Source of the DNA: an uncultured delta proteobacterium
GTDB lineage: Bacteria > Desulfobacterota > Binatia > DP-6
DNA length: 64,000 bases
NCBI GenBank assembly: GCA_963815115.1
Contig: CAWFFN010000005.1
Span: forward strand, 736,001-800,000
Direction of reading: 5' to 3'
Part shown: positions 9,649 through 20,718 of the stretch, one piece after another
Layout: each line of letters begins with the position of its first letter
How positions within the stretch are numbered: position 1 is the first letter of the stretch
The notes under the pieces: generated by a model
Seen by the model: the letters and a program-made list of their open reading frames with translations, nothing else
Databases searched by the model: none
What the model was told of the DNA's origin: nothing
Translations under genes and position numbers: made by a program

Positions 9649-10977
9649 TCAGAGCGGTCCGCGGACCTCGGTCTCGAGCGGCCCCGCGTCGCGGCGGGCG
9701 TCGAGCGGCAGGTAGCTGCGCTCGCCGTGTCCGGCGTAGATCTGCTTCGGCCGGGCGATGCGCTGCTCCTCGTCGAGCACCATCTCCGCCCACTGCGCCA
9801 TCCAGCCCGCCGTGCGCGGGATGGCGAACAGCACCGGGAACATCTCCACGGGGAAGCCCATGGCGTCGTAGATGATGCCCGAATAGAAGTCGACGTTCGG
9901 GTAGAGACGTCGCTTGACGAAGTAGTCGTCCTCGAGCGCGATGCGCTCGAGCTCCAGAGCGACGTCGATGAGCGGGCTCTTTCCGGTCACCTCGAAGACC
10001 TGGTACGCCGCATCCTTGATGATCTTGGCGCGCGGGTCGTAGTTCTTGTAGACCCGGTGCCCGAAGCCCATCAGGCGCCGCTCGCCGGCCTTCACCTGCT
10101 TGATGAGCTCGGGGATGTGTCGCGTCGAGCCGATCTCCCGGAGCATGTGCACCACTTCCTCGTTGGCGCCGCCGTGACGGGGTCCGGAGAGCGCCGCGGC
10201 AGCGGCCGCGACGACCGAGTAGGGATCGGCGAGCGCGCTGCCCACCACCCGCGCCGCGGTGCTGGAGCAGTTCTGCTCGTGATCGGCGTGCAGGATGAAG
10301 AGCAGATCGAGCGCCTGCTCGAGCACCGGGTTGGGCCTGTACTTGAGCTCGGTCATCTTGAAGAGCATCGAGAGAAAGTTGCCGGTGTAGGAGAGGTCGT
10401 TGTCGGGATAGTTGTAGGGCAGCCCGCGACTGTTGCGGTAGGCGAACGCGGCGATGGTCGGCATCTTGCCGATCAGGCGGCGCGTCTGTACGCGGCGCGA
10501 CTCGAGGTCCATGACGTTCTTCGCGTCGGGATAGAACGTGGACAGGGCGCCGACCGTTCCCACCAGCATGCCCATCGGGTGCGCGTCGTACCGGAAGCCC
10601 TGCATGAAGCGCTTCAGGTTCTCGTGCACCATCGTGTGCATCGTGATGTTGTGCTGCCACATGGCGAGGTGGCTCGTCGTCGGCAGCTCGCCCTTGACGA
10701 TGAGATACGCGGTCTCGAGATACGTGCTCTTCTCCGCGAGCTCCTCGATGGGGTAGCCGCGGTAGCGCAGGATGCCGCGGTCGCCGTCGATGTAGGTGAC
10801 CTTGCTGCGGCACGACGCGGTGTTCATGAACGCCGGGTCGTAGCTCACCAGACCGGGGTCGTCGGGCCCCAGCTTGATGCGGGAGAGCTCCGTGGCGCGG
10901 ACCGCGCCGTCCTCGATCGGGAGCGTGTACTCCTTGCCGGTCCGGTTGTCCTTCACCGTCAGCGTGGACTCTGCCAT
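9649..10977 (-). CDS. gltA: Citrate synthase
   Basis: YIDGDRGILRYRGYPI, LHADHEQN, HGGANE, GFGHRVYKNYDPR, YPNVDF. Confidence 0.97.
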   Translation of the reverse strand: MAESTLTVKDNRTGKEYTLPIEDGAVRATELSRIKLGPDDPGLVSYDPAFMNTASCRSKVTYIDGDRGILRYRGYPIEELAEKSTYLETAYLIVKGELPTTSHLAMWQHNITMHTMVHENLKRFMQGFRYDAHPMGMLVGTVGALSTFYPDAKNVMDLESRRVQTRRLIGKMPTIAAFAYRNSRGLPYNYPDNDLSYTGNFLSMLFKMTELKYRPNPVLEQALDLLFILHADHEQNCSSTAARVVGSALADPYSVVAAAAAALSGPRHGGANEEVVHMLREIGSTRHIPELIKQVKAGERRLMGFGHRVYKNYDPRAKIIKDAAYQVFEVTGKSPLIDVALELERIALEDDYFVKRRLYPNVDFYSGIIYDAMGFPVEMFPVLFAIPRTAGWMAQWAEMVLDEEQRIARPKQIYAGHGERSYLPLDARRDAGPLETEVRGPL

Positions 10978-11153
10978 GGCCCACTTCTACCCTCGCGAAG
11001 GGGCATGGTGAAGCGGCACCGGGACCGCGCCGAACCCCCTCGAACGGGGCCCGTCGCCAAAGCGTCGCCCGCCCGACGCCGAGGATTCGCGGCGCGATCA
11101 CCTGCGGGTAACGGAGGGTGGCTACCCTCGGATGGCGAAGGAGGAGGTCGTGT

Positions 11154-11909
11154 ATGCGGACCCCGAACGCCCTGCCGATATTGCCTGGCGGCGACGTCGG
11201 GCTGGTCGTGAGCCTGGCCCGGACCGAGGAGGACGTGCGCGCGGCGCAACGCCTGCGCTGGCAGGTTTTCGTCGAGGAGCTGGGAGCGCGTGTCGAGAGC
11301 GAAGCGGGCGGTCTCGACGCGGACCGCTTCGATGCCCACTGCGATCATCTGCTGGTCCGCGAGCGGGACACGGGCGACGTGGTGGGCACCTACCGCATGC
11401 TCCCGCCGGAGCGCGTCGTACGCGCCGGCGGGCTCTACGCGGAGACCGAGTTCCACCTGACCCGCCTGCTCGGCATCGATCGGCTGGTCGAGGTGGGACG
11501 CGCCTGCGTGCGGCACGACTACCGGACGGGTTCCGTGATCTCGCTCCTCTGGACGGGCCTGCTGCGATACCTCCTCGACGGCGGACACGAGTTCGTGATC
11601 GGGTGCGCCAGCATCGGGCTCGGCGACGACATGGCCCGCGCCGCCGCGCTCTGCCGGCGACTCGTCCTCGAGCACGCGAGCCCGCCCGAGTGGCGGGTCT
11701 TCCCCCGCCGGCCCCTGCCCTGCGAGCCCGCGCCCGCGGTGCACGAGGCGCCGCTCCCGGCGCTCTTGAAGGGCTACCTGCGCCTGGGCGCGTACGTCTG
11801 CGGCGAGCCGGCATGGGATCCGGCCTTCGGCACCGCGGACGTTCTCCTGCTGCTTCCCCTGGAACGGCTGAGTCATCGCCATGCCGCCCGGCTCCTGCGC
11901 GCCGCCTGA
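11154..11909 (+). CDS. olsB: GNAT-type N-acyltransferase, OlsB-like (ornithine/amino lipid synthesis)
   Basis: AQRLRWQVF, DRFDAHCDHL, VGTYR, EVGRAC, LLKGYLRLGA, DPAFGTAD. Confidence 0.8.
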   Translation: MRTPNALPILPGGDVGLVVSLARTEEDVRAAQRLRWQVFVEELGARVESEAGGLDADRFDAHCDHLLVRERDTGDVVGTYRMLPPERVVRAGGLYAETEFHLTRLLGIDRLVEVGRACVRHDYRTGSVISLLWTGLLRYLLDGGHEFVIGCASIGLGDDMARAAALCRRLVLEHASPPEWRVFPRRPLPCEPAPAVHEAPLPALLKGYLRLGAYVCGEPAWDPAFGTADVLLLLPLERLSHRHAARLLRAA

Positions 11910-11916
11910 GACGCGC

Positions 11917-12978
11917 GTGGAGACGCCTCTGCCGGTCCGCTGCTTCCGCGCCGCGGTGTTTCTCGGGCAGGTGTGTCTGGTGTGGCTCGGTGCGGTACTC
12001 GTCGCGCCGCGGCTCTCGACGGCGAGGCGTGCGCGACTGAATGCACGGCTGGCCGCCCAGACGCTGGGTATCCTCCAGGTGCGCGTGCGCCGGCTCGGCG
12101 CCATGCCGTACGCCGACGGCCCGCTGCTGCTCGTCGCCAACCACGTCTCGTGGCTGGACGTCTACGCGCTCAACGCCACGGTCGGCGGGCCGCGCTCGGT
12201 CGCGAAGTCGGAGGTCGCGCGCTGGCCGATGGCCGGCGGCATCGCGCGCGGCTTCGGCACGTTTTTCCACGTGCGCGGCAGCTACCGCGATGCGGCCTGG
12301 GTGAAGGATGCGGTTGCCGTGGCCCTGCGGCGTGGCGAGCCCGTGGTCGTCTTCCCCGAGGGCACCACGAGCGAAGGCGGCCGGGTCGGCCGCTTCCATG
12401 CTGCATTCTTCCAGGCGGCCGTGGACGCCGGCGTCCCGGTGCAGCCGGTCGCGATCCACTATCCCACGCCGGACGGCGCTCCCGACCCGGCGGCCGCGTT
12501 CGTCGGCGAGATGACGTTCGTCGAGTCGCTCGCGCGCGTGCTGCGCCGGCGGCGGCTCGATACCCGCCTCACCTTCGGTCCGGTGCTGCCGAGCGCGGGA
12601 CGCACGCGGCGCGAGCTGGCGGCGCTCAGCCATGCCTTCATCGCGCTGGCGCTCGCCTGCCGGGCGGCAGTCGAAACCGCGCACACCGGCCATCCGCGCG
12701 CGTCTGGCGCGCGCCGCCTAGACATGACCCTCGACAGCCCGGATCGCATCGCATATGAGCCTGCGCGCCGCGGTGCGCCTCCGCGGCGGGAGGGTGAACG
12801 ATGCGACGGGTCGCTGGCGTCGTGCTGCTGGGTGCCATGCTGGCCCTCGGGGTCGCCTGCGCCGCGCCGTCGGCGGTGCCGGCAGCAGCGCCTCCGGCGC
12901 GCAGCCCGCTCGCGGCAGTTCGCCAGGGAATGCTACCCGCGGACGTGCGCAAGATCGCCGGGGCACCCACGGCGGTGA
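11917..12978 (+). CDS. olsA: PlsC-family acyltransferase, OlsA-like (long C-terminal tail overlaps the next gene)
   Basis: NHVSWLD, VAKSEV, FPEGTT; directly follows olsB. Confidence 0.8.
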   Translation: METPLPVRCFRAAVFLGQVCLVWLGAVLVAPRLSTARRARLNARLAAQTLGILQVRVRRLGAMPYADGPLLLVANHVSWLDVYALNATVGGPRSVAKSEVARWPMAGGIARGFGTFFHVRGSYRDAAWVKDAVAVALRRGEPVVVFPEGTTSEGGRVGRFHAAFFQAAVDAGVPVQPVAIHYPTPDGAPDPAAAFVGEMTFVESLARVLRRRRLDTRLTFGPVLPSAGRTRRELAALSHAFIALALACRAAVETAHTGHPRASGARRLDMTLDSPDRIAYEPARRGAPPRREGERCDGSLASCCWVPCWPSGSPAPRRRRCRQQRLRRAARSRQFARECYPRTCARSPGHPRR

Positions 12979-13154
12979 AGCCGTACATCACCGGCAAGGC
13001 CCTCGTTCCATGGTACTCCGGGCCCGATCGCACCCGGACCGCGTACTACTACAAGGGACAGGGCCGGGTGATCTTCTCGGGCGACGGCGCCAGTGCGGAC
13101 AGCCGGGTGCTCGAGGTGCAGTACGATCCGGGCGACCCGGGCTCGCCAAGGTAG
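12801..13154 (+). CDS. Small lipoprotein (BamE/SmpA-like fold possible)
   Basis: SD GGAGG upstream, signal peptide ending GVAC, VRQGMLPADVRKIAGAP. Confidence 0.7.
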   Translation: MRRVAGVVLLGAMLALGVACAAPSAVPAAAPPARSPLAAVRQGMLPADVRKIAGAPTAVKPYITGKALVPWYSGPDRTRTAYYYKGQGRVIFSGDGASADSRVLEVQYDPGDPGSPR

Positions 13155-13173
13155 TCTCGCCGGTAGTCTCGCC
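13150..13173 (+). repeat. Tandem 12-bp direct repeat GGTAGTCTCGCC x2
   Basis: Exact duplication seen directly. Confidence 0.8.
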
Positions 13174-13255
13174 ACCATCCGCTCTCCCGGGGCGTTCGTA
13201 CCCTCTACGACGACCAGGCGCGGCTCCCGAGCCGTCGCCCCGAGGAGGGACCGCG

Positions 13256-13666
13256 ATGTCGGACCGGATGCACGGACTCGAGAGCGTCGAGGCGCTCTTC
13301 GCCCCCGAGCAGCTTCTCCCGACGCAGTACGGCCCCGCTCGTCGCAACACCCGGGCGTGCGGCGAGCGGGCGCTGATGCTGGCGGTGCTCGAGGATGCGA
13401 TCCGTTGCCTCGAGGACGGTCCCCGGCGCGACGCGCGCGCCGCCCGCGAGACCGAGGCGTGGATCCGCTCCGACGACGAGGAGTGGCCCTTCTCGTTCCT
13501 GAATCTGTGCGCCAACCTGGAGATCGACGCCGGCCAGCTGCGCCGCGCACTGCTGCAGCGCGTGGCCGGTCGACGAACCCCCGTGCGCGAGCGCGGCAGG
13601 TCGAGCCGGGCGCCCGGATGGCCGACTTGCCCCGACCTGCCGCGCAGGGCTAGCTGCGTCGGGTGA
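13256..13666 (+). CDS. Conserved hypothetical protein (ERxLMLAVLEDA...WPFSF family)
   Basis: SD GAGGAGG; GERALMLAVLEDAIRC...EAWIRSDDEEWPFSFLNLCANLEID. Confidence 0.8.
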   Translation: MSDRMHGLESVEALFAPEQLLPTQYGPARRNTRACGERALMLAVLEDAIRCLEDGPRRDARAARETEAWIRSDDEEWPFSFLNLCANLEIDAGQLRRALLQRVAGRRTPVRERGRSSRAPGWPTCPDLPRRASCVG

Positions 13667-14475
13667 TCCGGTCCCGCTGGCGTTCCCTCCTCATGCTCAC
13701 AGCGCTCGCCGCGGTCGTGGCGAGCTCGACATCCCTCGCGGCCGGCGCCCCGAGGCTGCTGGCCCTCACCGAGGACGGTGGCCTTCTGGTGCTGCGCGCG
13801 GACCATCCCACCGAGGTCCAGCGTCTCCAGCCCCAGGGTCTCAGCGGACGTCTTCTCGGCATCGACATGCGGCCCGCCGACGGGAAGCTCTACGGCATCA
13901 CCAGTACCAACGACGTGTACCGAATCGACCCCGCCACCGGTGCCGCGACGCAGGTCAGCTCGCTCACCGTGCCGTTCGACGGTGACGTTCGCTCGGGCGT
14001 CGACTTCAACCCGCAGGCGGACCGCCTCCGGCTGGTGAGCCGCGACGGCCAGAACCTGCGCGTCAACGTCCTCCTCGGCGCCACCGCCGTCGACGGCGCG
14101 CTGGCCTTCCGTGCGGGAGACCCCAACGCGGGCAAGCGACCCCGGGTGACGGCCGCGGCGTACACGCACAACGTCGCGGATGCGCCCGATACGAAGCTCT
14201 TCGACATCGACTCCGACCTCGACATCCTGGTGCTGCAGGACCCGCCGAACGACGGGCAGCTCGCCACCGTCGGCCCACTCGGGATCGACTTCGGGCCGCT
14301 CGGCGGCTTCGACATCATCACCGACGCGGCCGGGCACGACGAGGCATGGGCGGCGTCGGGATCCACGCTCTATGGCGTCGATCTCACCAGCGGGGCGGCA
14401 CGCCCCAGCGGGACCATCGGGGATGGCCGCGCCAGCATCATCGGCCTGGCCGCCGCAGGTCCCGCGGCGCCCTGA
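13663..14475 (+). CDS. DUF4394-domain secreted protein
   Basis: Signal peptide; GIDMRPADGKLYG, DFNPQADRLR, AAAYT, LATVGPLG. Confidence 0.85.
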   Translation: MIRSRWRSLLMLTALAAVVASSTSLAAGAPRLLALTEDGGLLVLRADHPTEVQRLQPQGLSGRLLGIDMRPADGKLYGITSTNDVYRIDPATGAATQVSSLTVPFDGDVRSGVDFNPQADRLRLVSRDGQNLRVNVLLGATAVDGALAFRAGDPNAGKRPRVTAAAYTHNVADAPDTKLFDIDSDLDILVLQDPPNDGQLATVGPLGIDFGPLGGFDIITDAAGHDEAWAASGSTLYGVDLTSGAARPSGTIGDGRASIIGLAAAGPAAP

Positions 14476-14615
14476 TGGCCTGCATCCGTCCTCGACGCCC
14501 GAACGTAGTACAGGTAGCGCTCGTGCGTTGTCTCTTTTGCCTGTGCTAGGGGGAACGGCGTCTGCACGGGACTTCTGAAGACGCTGCCGATCGCCCCCCC
14601 CAGGCGGATGAGCGA

Positions 14616-15143
14616 TTGCTGAGCGCCGCGGCCGGGGATCCGTCCGCTTTGGGACTGCTCTATGATCGATATGGAAAACTCGTCTACGGCTTGGCACTTG
14701 CGATCCTCGGCTCCCGCCAGGAGGCAGAGGATCTCACCCAGGAGATCTTCCTGACCGTGTATGAGCACACCGGCTATGACCCGGGCCGGGGCTCGGTGAG
14801 TGCCTTTCTCACCACGATGACGCGCTCGCGGGCGATCGACCGCCTGCGGCGACGAGGGCGCTCGGTGCGGCTGCTGCGAACGTGGCACGAGGCCACCCCG
14901 CCGGCGCGAGGGCCCGTCACCCCCCTGGAGCGCGTCTCGATGCAGCAGTGCTCCGAGCGCGTCCGTGCCGCGCTGGAGGCGCTCCCCGAGGCGGAGCGGC
15001 AGGTACTCGAGCTCGCCTACTTCAGGGGTTTCAGTCAGGCCGAGATCGCCGCCGACCTCGACACTCCGCTCGGAACCGTCAAGAGCCGCTCCCGGCGTGC
15101 CCTGATGGCCCTCAAGCAGGCCCTCGGCGACCTGATGGGATGA
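14616..15143 (+). CDS. ECF RNA polymerase sigma factor (SigK-like)
   Basis: LYDRY, AEDLTQEIF, RSRAIDRLR, LAYFRGFSQAEIA, PLGTVKSR; start uncertain. Confidence 0.92.
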   Translation: MLSAAAGDPSALGLLYDRYGKLVYGLALAILGSRQEAEDLTQEIFLTVYEHTGYDPGRGSVSAFLTTMTRSRAIDRLRRRGRSVRLLRTWHEATPPARGPVTPLERVSMQQCSERVRAALEALPEAERQVLELAYFRGFSQAEIAADLDTPLGTVKSRSRRALMALKQALGDLMG

Positions 15144-15147
15144 CGGG

Positions 15148-15867
15148 ATGAGCGAGCCTCTCGACGCCTCCGAGGACCGGCTGGTCCAGTACGTGCTCGG
15201 CGAGCTGCGCCGTGACGAGGCGCAGGCGCTCGAACGCCGGCTGGGCGAGGACGACGCGCTGGCTGCGGAGGTGTGGCGGCTGAGGCAGGTTCTCGATCTC
15301 ATGCCGTATGCGTCGATCGCGGAGCCGCCGCCCGCGCTGCGCGACCGCATCCTGACCACCGCCGCCGCGCGCCAGGCACGGACGGTCAAGCCGCGCGCGC
15401 CGCGCCGCATCGTGTGGAGCCGCTTCGCGGCCGCGGCGGCGGCCACCCTGGCTCTGGCGTTCGGCTTCGACGCCTACCGCACGCGACAAGAGCTGGCGCT
15501 GCAGCGCGAGGTCACCGCGACGCTGCAGGAGCCGAACGTGATGCGCTCCTTCGCGATGGCCGGAACCGGCACGGCGGGCGGGGCGGTCGGCCGCGTCGCT
15601 CTCGATCTCGACGCCAAGCGGGGCGCGGTGGTGTTGAAGGGCATGCCCGTCCTGCCGGCGGGAGAGGTCTACCGGCTGTGGGCGAAGGTGGCGGACAAGA
15701 GCGTTCCCTGCGGCCAGTTCACGGCCAGCGACGACGGTGCCGTCGTGGCGCAGTTCGTGGTGCCGGTGGAGTCGTACACCGCCCCGATCGCGAAGCTCTT
15801 CGTCACCGTCGAGCCGTCGGCCCCGTCGGACGTCCCCACCGGGCCGACCGTCATGGTCAGCGTCTAA
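15148..15867 (+). CDS. RskA-type anti-sigma factor
   Basis: YVLGEL, PPPALRDRI, one TM helix, YRLW...VTVEP...PTGP. Confidence 0.88.
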   Translation: MSEPLDASEDRLVQYVLGELRRDEAQALERRLGEDDALAAEVWRLRQVLDLMPYASIAEPPPALRDRILTTAAARQARTVKPRAPRRIVWSRFAAAAAATLALAFGFDAYRTRQELALQREVTATLQEPNVMRSFAMAGTGTAGGAVGRVALDLDAKRGAVVLKGMPVLPAGEVYRLWAKVADKSVPCGQFTASDDGAVVAQFVVPVESYTAPIAKLFVTVEPSAPSDVPTGPTVMVSV

Positions 15868-15870
15868 GCG

Positions 15871-16038
15871 CGACCCGAGACGCAGTCTCGGGTCGAGAGC
15901 GCAGGCGAGCGTGTGGCGCGCGGTGGATCGTGCGAGCGCCCTGCCGCGCCGGCTTCGCCGGCCGCGGCACGACATCCGCACCGTTCCCCAAGCCTCACCC
16001 TCGCTCTCCCTCCCGACCCGAGACGCAGTCTCGGGTCG
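15871..16038. repeat. REP/REPIN-like element: two identical 25-bp palindromes CGACCCGAGAC-GCA-GTCTCGGGTCG (15871-15895, 16014-16038)
   Basis: Exact copies seen; the 118-nt spacer is itself self-complementary; lies between convergent genes. Confidence 0.8.
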
Positions 16039-16045
16039 GTTCTCT

Positions 16046-17482
16046 CTAGTAGGTGTAGGTCATCTCCAGGAAGCCGTAGTTGGCATCCCTACCAGCGAAC
16101 GTCTGCCCCACGACGCTGTGGCCGAAGGCGTGGCCGTAGTAGCCCTCGACGGTGAGCTGCTGGAGGACGGCGACGGTCACCGAGATGTCGGCGAGCGTGG
16201 CCAGCGAACGGTCGCCGTTGGCGGGGCTGCCGGCGTATCCGAAGAAGGTGTTGCTGGTCGCGCCGCCGCCGGAGTACCAGAGGTCGCGTCCCTCGGTGAG
16301 CCGCAGCCAGTGGATGTCGGTGCGTACCGAGACCCGCTCGTGGGGCCGGAGCATCAGCTCCAGGAAGGCGTCGCCGGAGTTCATCAGGTTGAAGAAGGGC
16401 AGCCTGGCGTACGTCCGCGCCGTCGGGATGAGCTGGAAGAACGTCGTGTGCCGGCCGTCGTTCGGGTCGTCGTCGCCCGACGAGCGGTTGTACCCTGCAC
16501 GCAGCCACGGCGCCGCCGGAAGCTGGGGAAGCTGGTATCCGCCTTCGGCGGCGAACGCCCACGCGCTGTGGGACTCGACGCCCCACGACCCCGTCTGCAC
16601 CGCCCCCCAGAGCAATCCGTCGACGATGCCGGGGCCCGCGTCGACGGCCGTGATGACGTCCGTGCCGATGGTGCTGATGCTGATGGGATCGGTATCGGCC
16701 ACGCGCTCCGGAAGCGGACGGTTGTCCACCTTGACCGCGTCGCGCCGCTCGTCGCGGTAGTACAGGTAGAAGAGACGCCCCTCGAGCGGAGGCGCCTGCG
16801 GGAGTCGCTTCAGGGTGAGCGCGAGGCCGGCGAGCTCGATGTCGAGCTCGCGGTTGGCGCTCACCTCGAACCCGCCCTGCGTCGGGCGGCTGCCGAAGGC
16901 GGTGACGTTCCAGTCGGGACGGTCGTAGGCCAGGCGCCCGCCGTCGAAGGCGCGGCCGACGTTGGTGAAGTCGAACGGCCCCACCAGCCGCTCGGCGATA
17001 CGGGTGCGCGCCACGACGGCGAGCGTCGCATCCGACGGGACGACCTCGAGCCCGTCGCGATACTCGAAACGCCCCAGCGTGCCGGTGAACCCGCGGCCGC
17101 GCGCGGTGAGCGAGGCCAGCTTCAAGACCGGCTCGCTCTGCGGCGTTCGACGCGTGTTGGCGAAGTAGATCGCGCCGGTACCGAGGTTGCCGACCGGGGG
17201 CGGCAGGCTCGCGTTCTCCGGCAGGTTGGCCAGCACGGTGTCCTGGAGCTGGAGATTCAGCTCGACGGGCGGGAGCAGCACGCGCACGCCGGCGCGGAAG
17301 CGATTGGCGAAGAAGTCGTAGCGATTGGCCCCGTCCTGGGCGGCGCCCGGGGGCGGCGCGAACCAGTCGACGAACTCGCCGCGTACCCGGTTGCTCAGCG
17401 TGAACGTGATGCGGTCGCGCCAGGTCGCATCGAGCTCGGCGGCGAGGGCGGCGCCGGCGGAGAGCAGGGCGAGCACGCCCAC
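16046..17482 (-). CDS. Alginate-export (AlgE-like) outer-membrane beta-barrel
   Basis: Signal peptide, GRAFDGGRL, SGDDDPNDGRHTTF, C-terminal YGFLEMTYTY; start approximate. Confidence 0.8.
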   Translation of the reverse strand: MGVLALLSAGAALAAELDATWRDRITFTLSNRVRGEFVDWFAPPPGAAQDGANRYDFFANRFRAGVRVLLPPVELNLQLQDTVLANLPENASLPPPVGNLGTGAIYFANTRRTPQSEPVLKLASLTARGRGFTGTLGRFEYRDGLEVVPSDATLAVVARTRIAERLVGPFDFTNVGRAFDGGRLAYDRPDWNVTAFGSRPTQGGFEVSANRELDIELAGLALTLKRLPQAPPLEGRLFYLYYRDERRDAVKVDNRPLPERVADTDPISISTIGTDVITAVDAGPGIVDGLLWGAVQTGSWGVESHSAWAFAAEGGYQLPQLPAAPWLRAGYNRSSGDDDPNDGRHTTFFQLIPTARTYARLPFFNLMNSGDAFLELMLRPHERVSVRTDIHWLRLTEGRDLWYSGGGATSNTFFGYAGSPANGDRSLATLADISVTVAVLQQLTVEGYYGHAFGHSVVGQTFAGRDANYGFLEMTYTY

Positions 17483-17514
17483 GAGCGCCGCGGGCGTACG
17501 CTCCCGGCCGTCTC

Positions 17515-18375
17515 TCAGAGCAGCTCCACGGGATCGCCCACGGCCACCCGGCCGGGCGTCGTCACGGTGGCATAGGCGCCGAGGTTCTGATCGCCGTCGC
17601 GTACGATGGCGCGCAGGACGAGCGGGTCCTTCGGCAGCCCGGGCTGTGCCTGCGTCGTCATGCTGCAGCGTGGGGTCGGCAGCTCGACGCGCACGACTGC
17701 CTCGCCGACGCGAAGCGACTTGCCGCTCCAGGCGGCGTCGACCAGGCCGCGCTCGCCGTGCGCCGACGCGATCAGCACGTTCGGGCGGAAGCGCCGGCGG
17801 TCGAAGCGGTCGGCCGGCGCATCGGCGCCGAGCGCGGCGAGCGACGCGGTCGTCAGCAGGTGCAGCGGGAAGGCATCGAAGTACGTCCCCACCGGCGAGG
17901 TGAACTCGAAGAGCTCCTGCGAGAACAGCGACAGATCCGGCAGCGGCTCCTCGGGGAGACGCCCGAAGACCTCGCGCAGCTCGTCCATCAGATCGGGCTT
18001 GTCGGGCAGGCCGCGGCGATAGTGGTCGCGATCCTCGGCAGGCTGGAGCGGCCAGATCGTGACCGTGCGTCCGAGGAACGCCGACAGGCGCGCCGCCACC
18101 TCGGGATCGTCGGTGGTCACCGAGGAGCCGTCCGGAAAGGTGATCTCGGCGGCCGGCACGCCCTCTCCGGGCTCGCGAAGGTAGCGCGCGGTACAGCGCA
18201 TCAGCGCCGGCAGCTTCTTGCCGCCGCGGATCTCGCCCGCCGCCTCGTCCCGCAGGGCCCAGCCGCGGTCGCCGGGCAGCCCGCGCGCCGCGATGGTCGT
18301 GCGCTCGAGCTGCTCGCCGACCATCGACTTCACCGGATAGCGCCAGAGCTCCTGAACCGTGCCGATCGTCGCCAT
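17515..18375 (-). CDS. MOSC-domain protein
   Basis: LWRYPVKSM, GDRGWAL, DAFPLHL, RRFRPN, PRCSMTT. Confidence 0.93.
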   Translation of the reverse strand: MATIGTVQELWRYPVKSMVGEQLERTTIAARGLPGDRGWALRDEAAGEIRGGKKLPALMRCTARYLREPGEGVPAAEITFPDGSSVTTDDPEVAARLSAFLGRTVTIWPLQPAEDRDHYRRGLPDKPDLMDELREVFGRLPEEPLPDLSLFSQELFEFTSPVGTYFDAFPLHLLTTASLAALGADAPADRFDRRRFRPNVLIASAHGERGLVDAAWSGKSLRVGEAVVRVELPTPRCSMTTQAQPGLPKDPLVLRAIVRDGDQNLGAYATVTTPGRVAVGDPVELL

Positions 18376-18463
18376 GGCGAGCCGTGTAGCATCGAGACGG
18401 TCGCATGGTCGAGTACCTTGTCGGGGCTGGCGGGCGGTGCGGGCCGGTGGTAGCGGCTGCCAC

Positions 18464-19684
<1,221 letters not shown>

Positions 19685-19693
19685 CGCCGCGCT

Positions 19694-20632
19694 CTACGGC
19701 GTCGTCTGCATGAACTGCGCGATCAGGGCGACGAGCGTGTCGGGAACGTCCTCCTGGCAGAAATGGCCAGCGCCGGGAAGCTGAACGACCGGACCGCCCG
19801 GCCAGAGGGCCTCGAAGTCGGCGATGGCGAGCGCTGGCGGGATGGCGTGGTCGCGCATGCCTTCGGCCAGCATGGCCGGCGTCGCCTTCAGCGCATCGAT
19901 GCCGCGGGCGCCCTCCACGACGTAGTCCCGGATGCGGCCGAGATGGGCGTCGAGCGGGAACTCGACCGCGCCGATGCACTCCTCGGGCGTCTCGAAGGGG
20001 GCCGCGTAGGCCCGGATCCACGTGTCGTCGACGGTGGCGGTGTTCTCGAAGCCGATGAGCTTCATCACCGAGAGCACGGTGCTGCCGAGGTTGCGCAGCA
20101 CCGCCTCGGTACGGCCGTTCTCGAGGCCGCCGCCGATCCAGCGGAACCAGCGGCTGTCCTGCAGGCGGGGCAGGTCCTTGCGGCCGGCGGAGCCGTAGCC
20201 CGCCAGCGAGTTGGCGTAGAAGAGCCGGCGCACGCGCTCGGGTTGTCGGACCGTGTACTGGGTGGCGATCGGCCCCCCCCAGTCCTGCGCGACGAAGGTG
20301 ATCCCGGAGAGCCCGAGGCCGTCGATCCAGCTCGTCAGGTTCTCGACGTGGGCACGCAGGGTGTAGCCGCGGTCCTGCGGCGTCTCGCTCTTTCCGAAGC
20401 CCATGTGGTCGGGCACGAGGACGCGCCAGCGCTCGGCGAGGCGCGGGATCATCCGGCGATAGAGGTAGCCCCAGGTCGGCTCGCCGTGGAGGCAGACGAT
20501 GGCCTCGCCGCTCGGCGGGCCCTCGTCGATGTAGTGCAGGCGGAAGGCACGGGCGGCACCGGCGGCCGGTACCTCGTGGAAGCGAGCCGCATACGGCCAC
20601 GTGGCGTCGAAGGTCTCGTCCGCAGGGATCAT
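19694..20632 (-). CDS. Haloalkane dehalogenase/OleB-family alpha/beta hydrolase
   Basis: HGEPTWGYLYR, QDWGG, GHFCQED. Confidence 0.9.
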   Translation of the reverse strand: MIPADETFDATWPYAARFHEVPAAGAARAFRLHYIDEGPPSGEAIVCLHGEPTWGYLYRRMIPRLAERWRVLVPDHMGFGKSETPQDRGYTLRAHVENLTSWIDGLGLSGITFVAQDWGGPIATQYTVRQPERVRRLFYANSLAGYGSAGRKDLPRLQDSRWFRWIGGGLENGRTEAVLRNLGSTVLSVMKLIGFENTATVDDTWIRAYAAPFETPEECIGAVEFPLDAHLGRIRDYVVEGARGIDALKATPAMLAEGMRDHAIPPALAIADFEALWPGGPVVQLPGAGHFCQEDVPDTLVALIAQFMQTTP

Positions 20633-20718
20633 GGCACGATGAGATACACCGCATGCCCGGCGTTGCCAGCGGGCGGCCTCCCTTGCGACTCCGGCGTGCG
20701 CGCCCCTAGAGTGCAGGC

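Noticed and set aside
12660-12978. Genuine functional overlap between the olsA tail and the lipoprotein gene
   Set aside because: The tail is low-complexity and lies beyond the PlsC domain; more likely a lost stop codon
15871-16038. Mini CRISPR array
   Set aside because: Only two repeats, a 118-nt spacer and no cas genes
18376-18463. LexA box upstream of dinB
   Set aside because: No recognisable SOS-box palindrome
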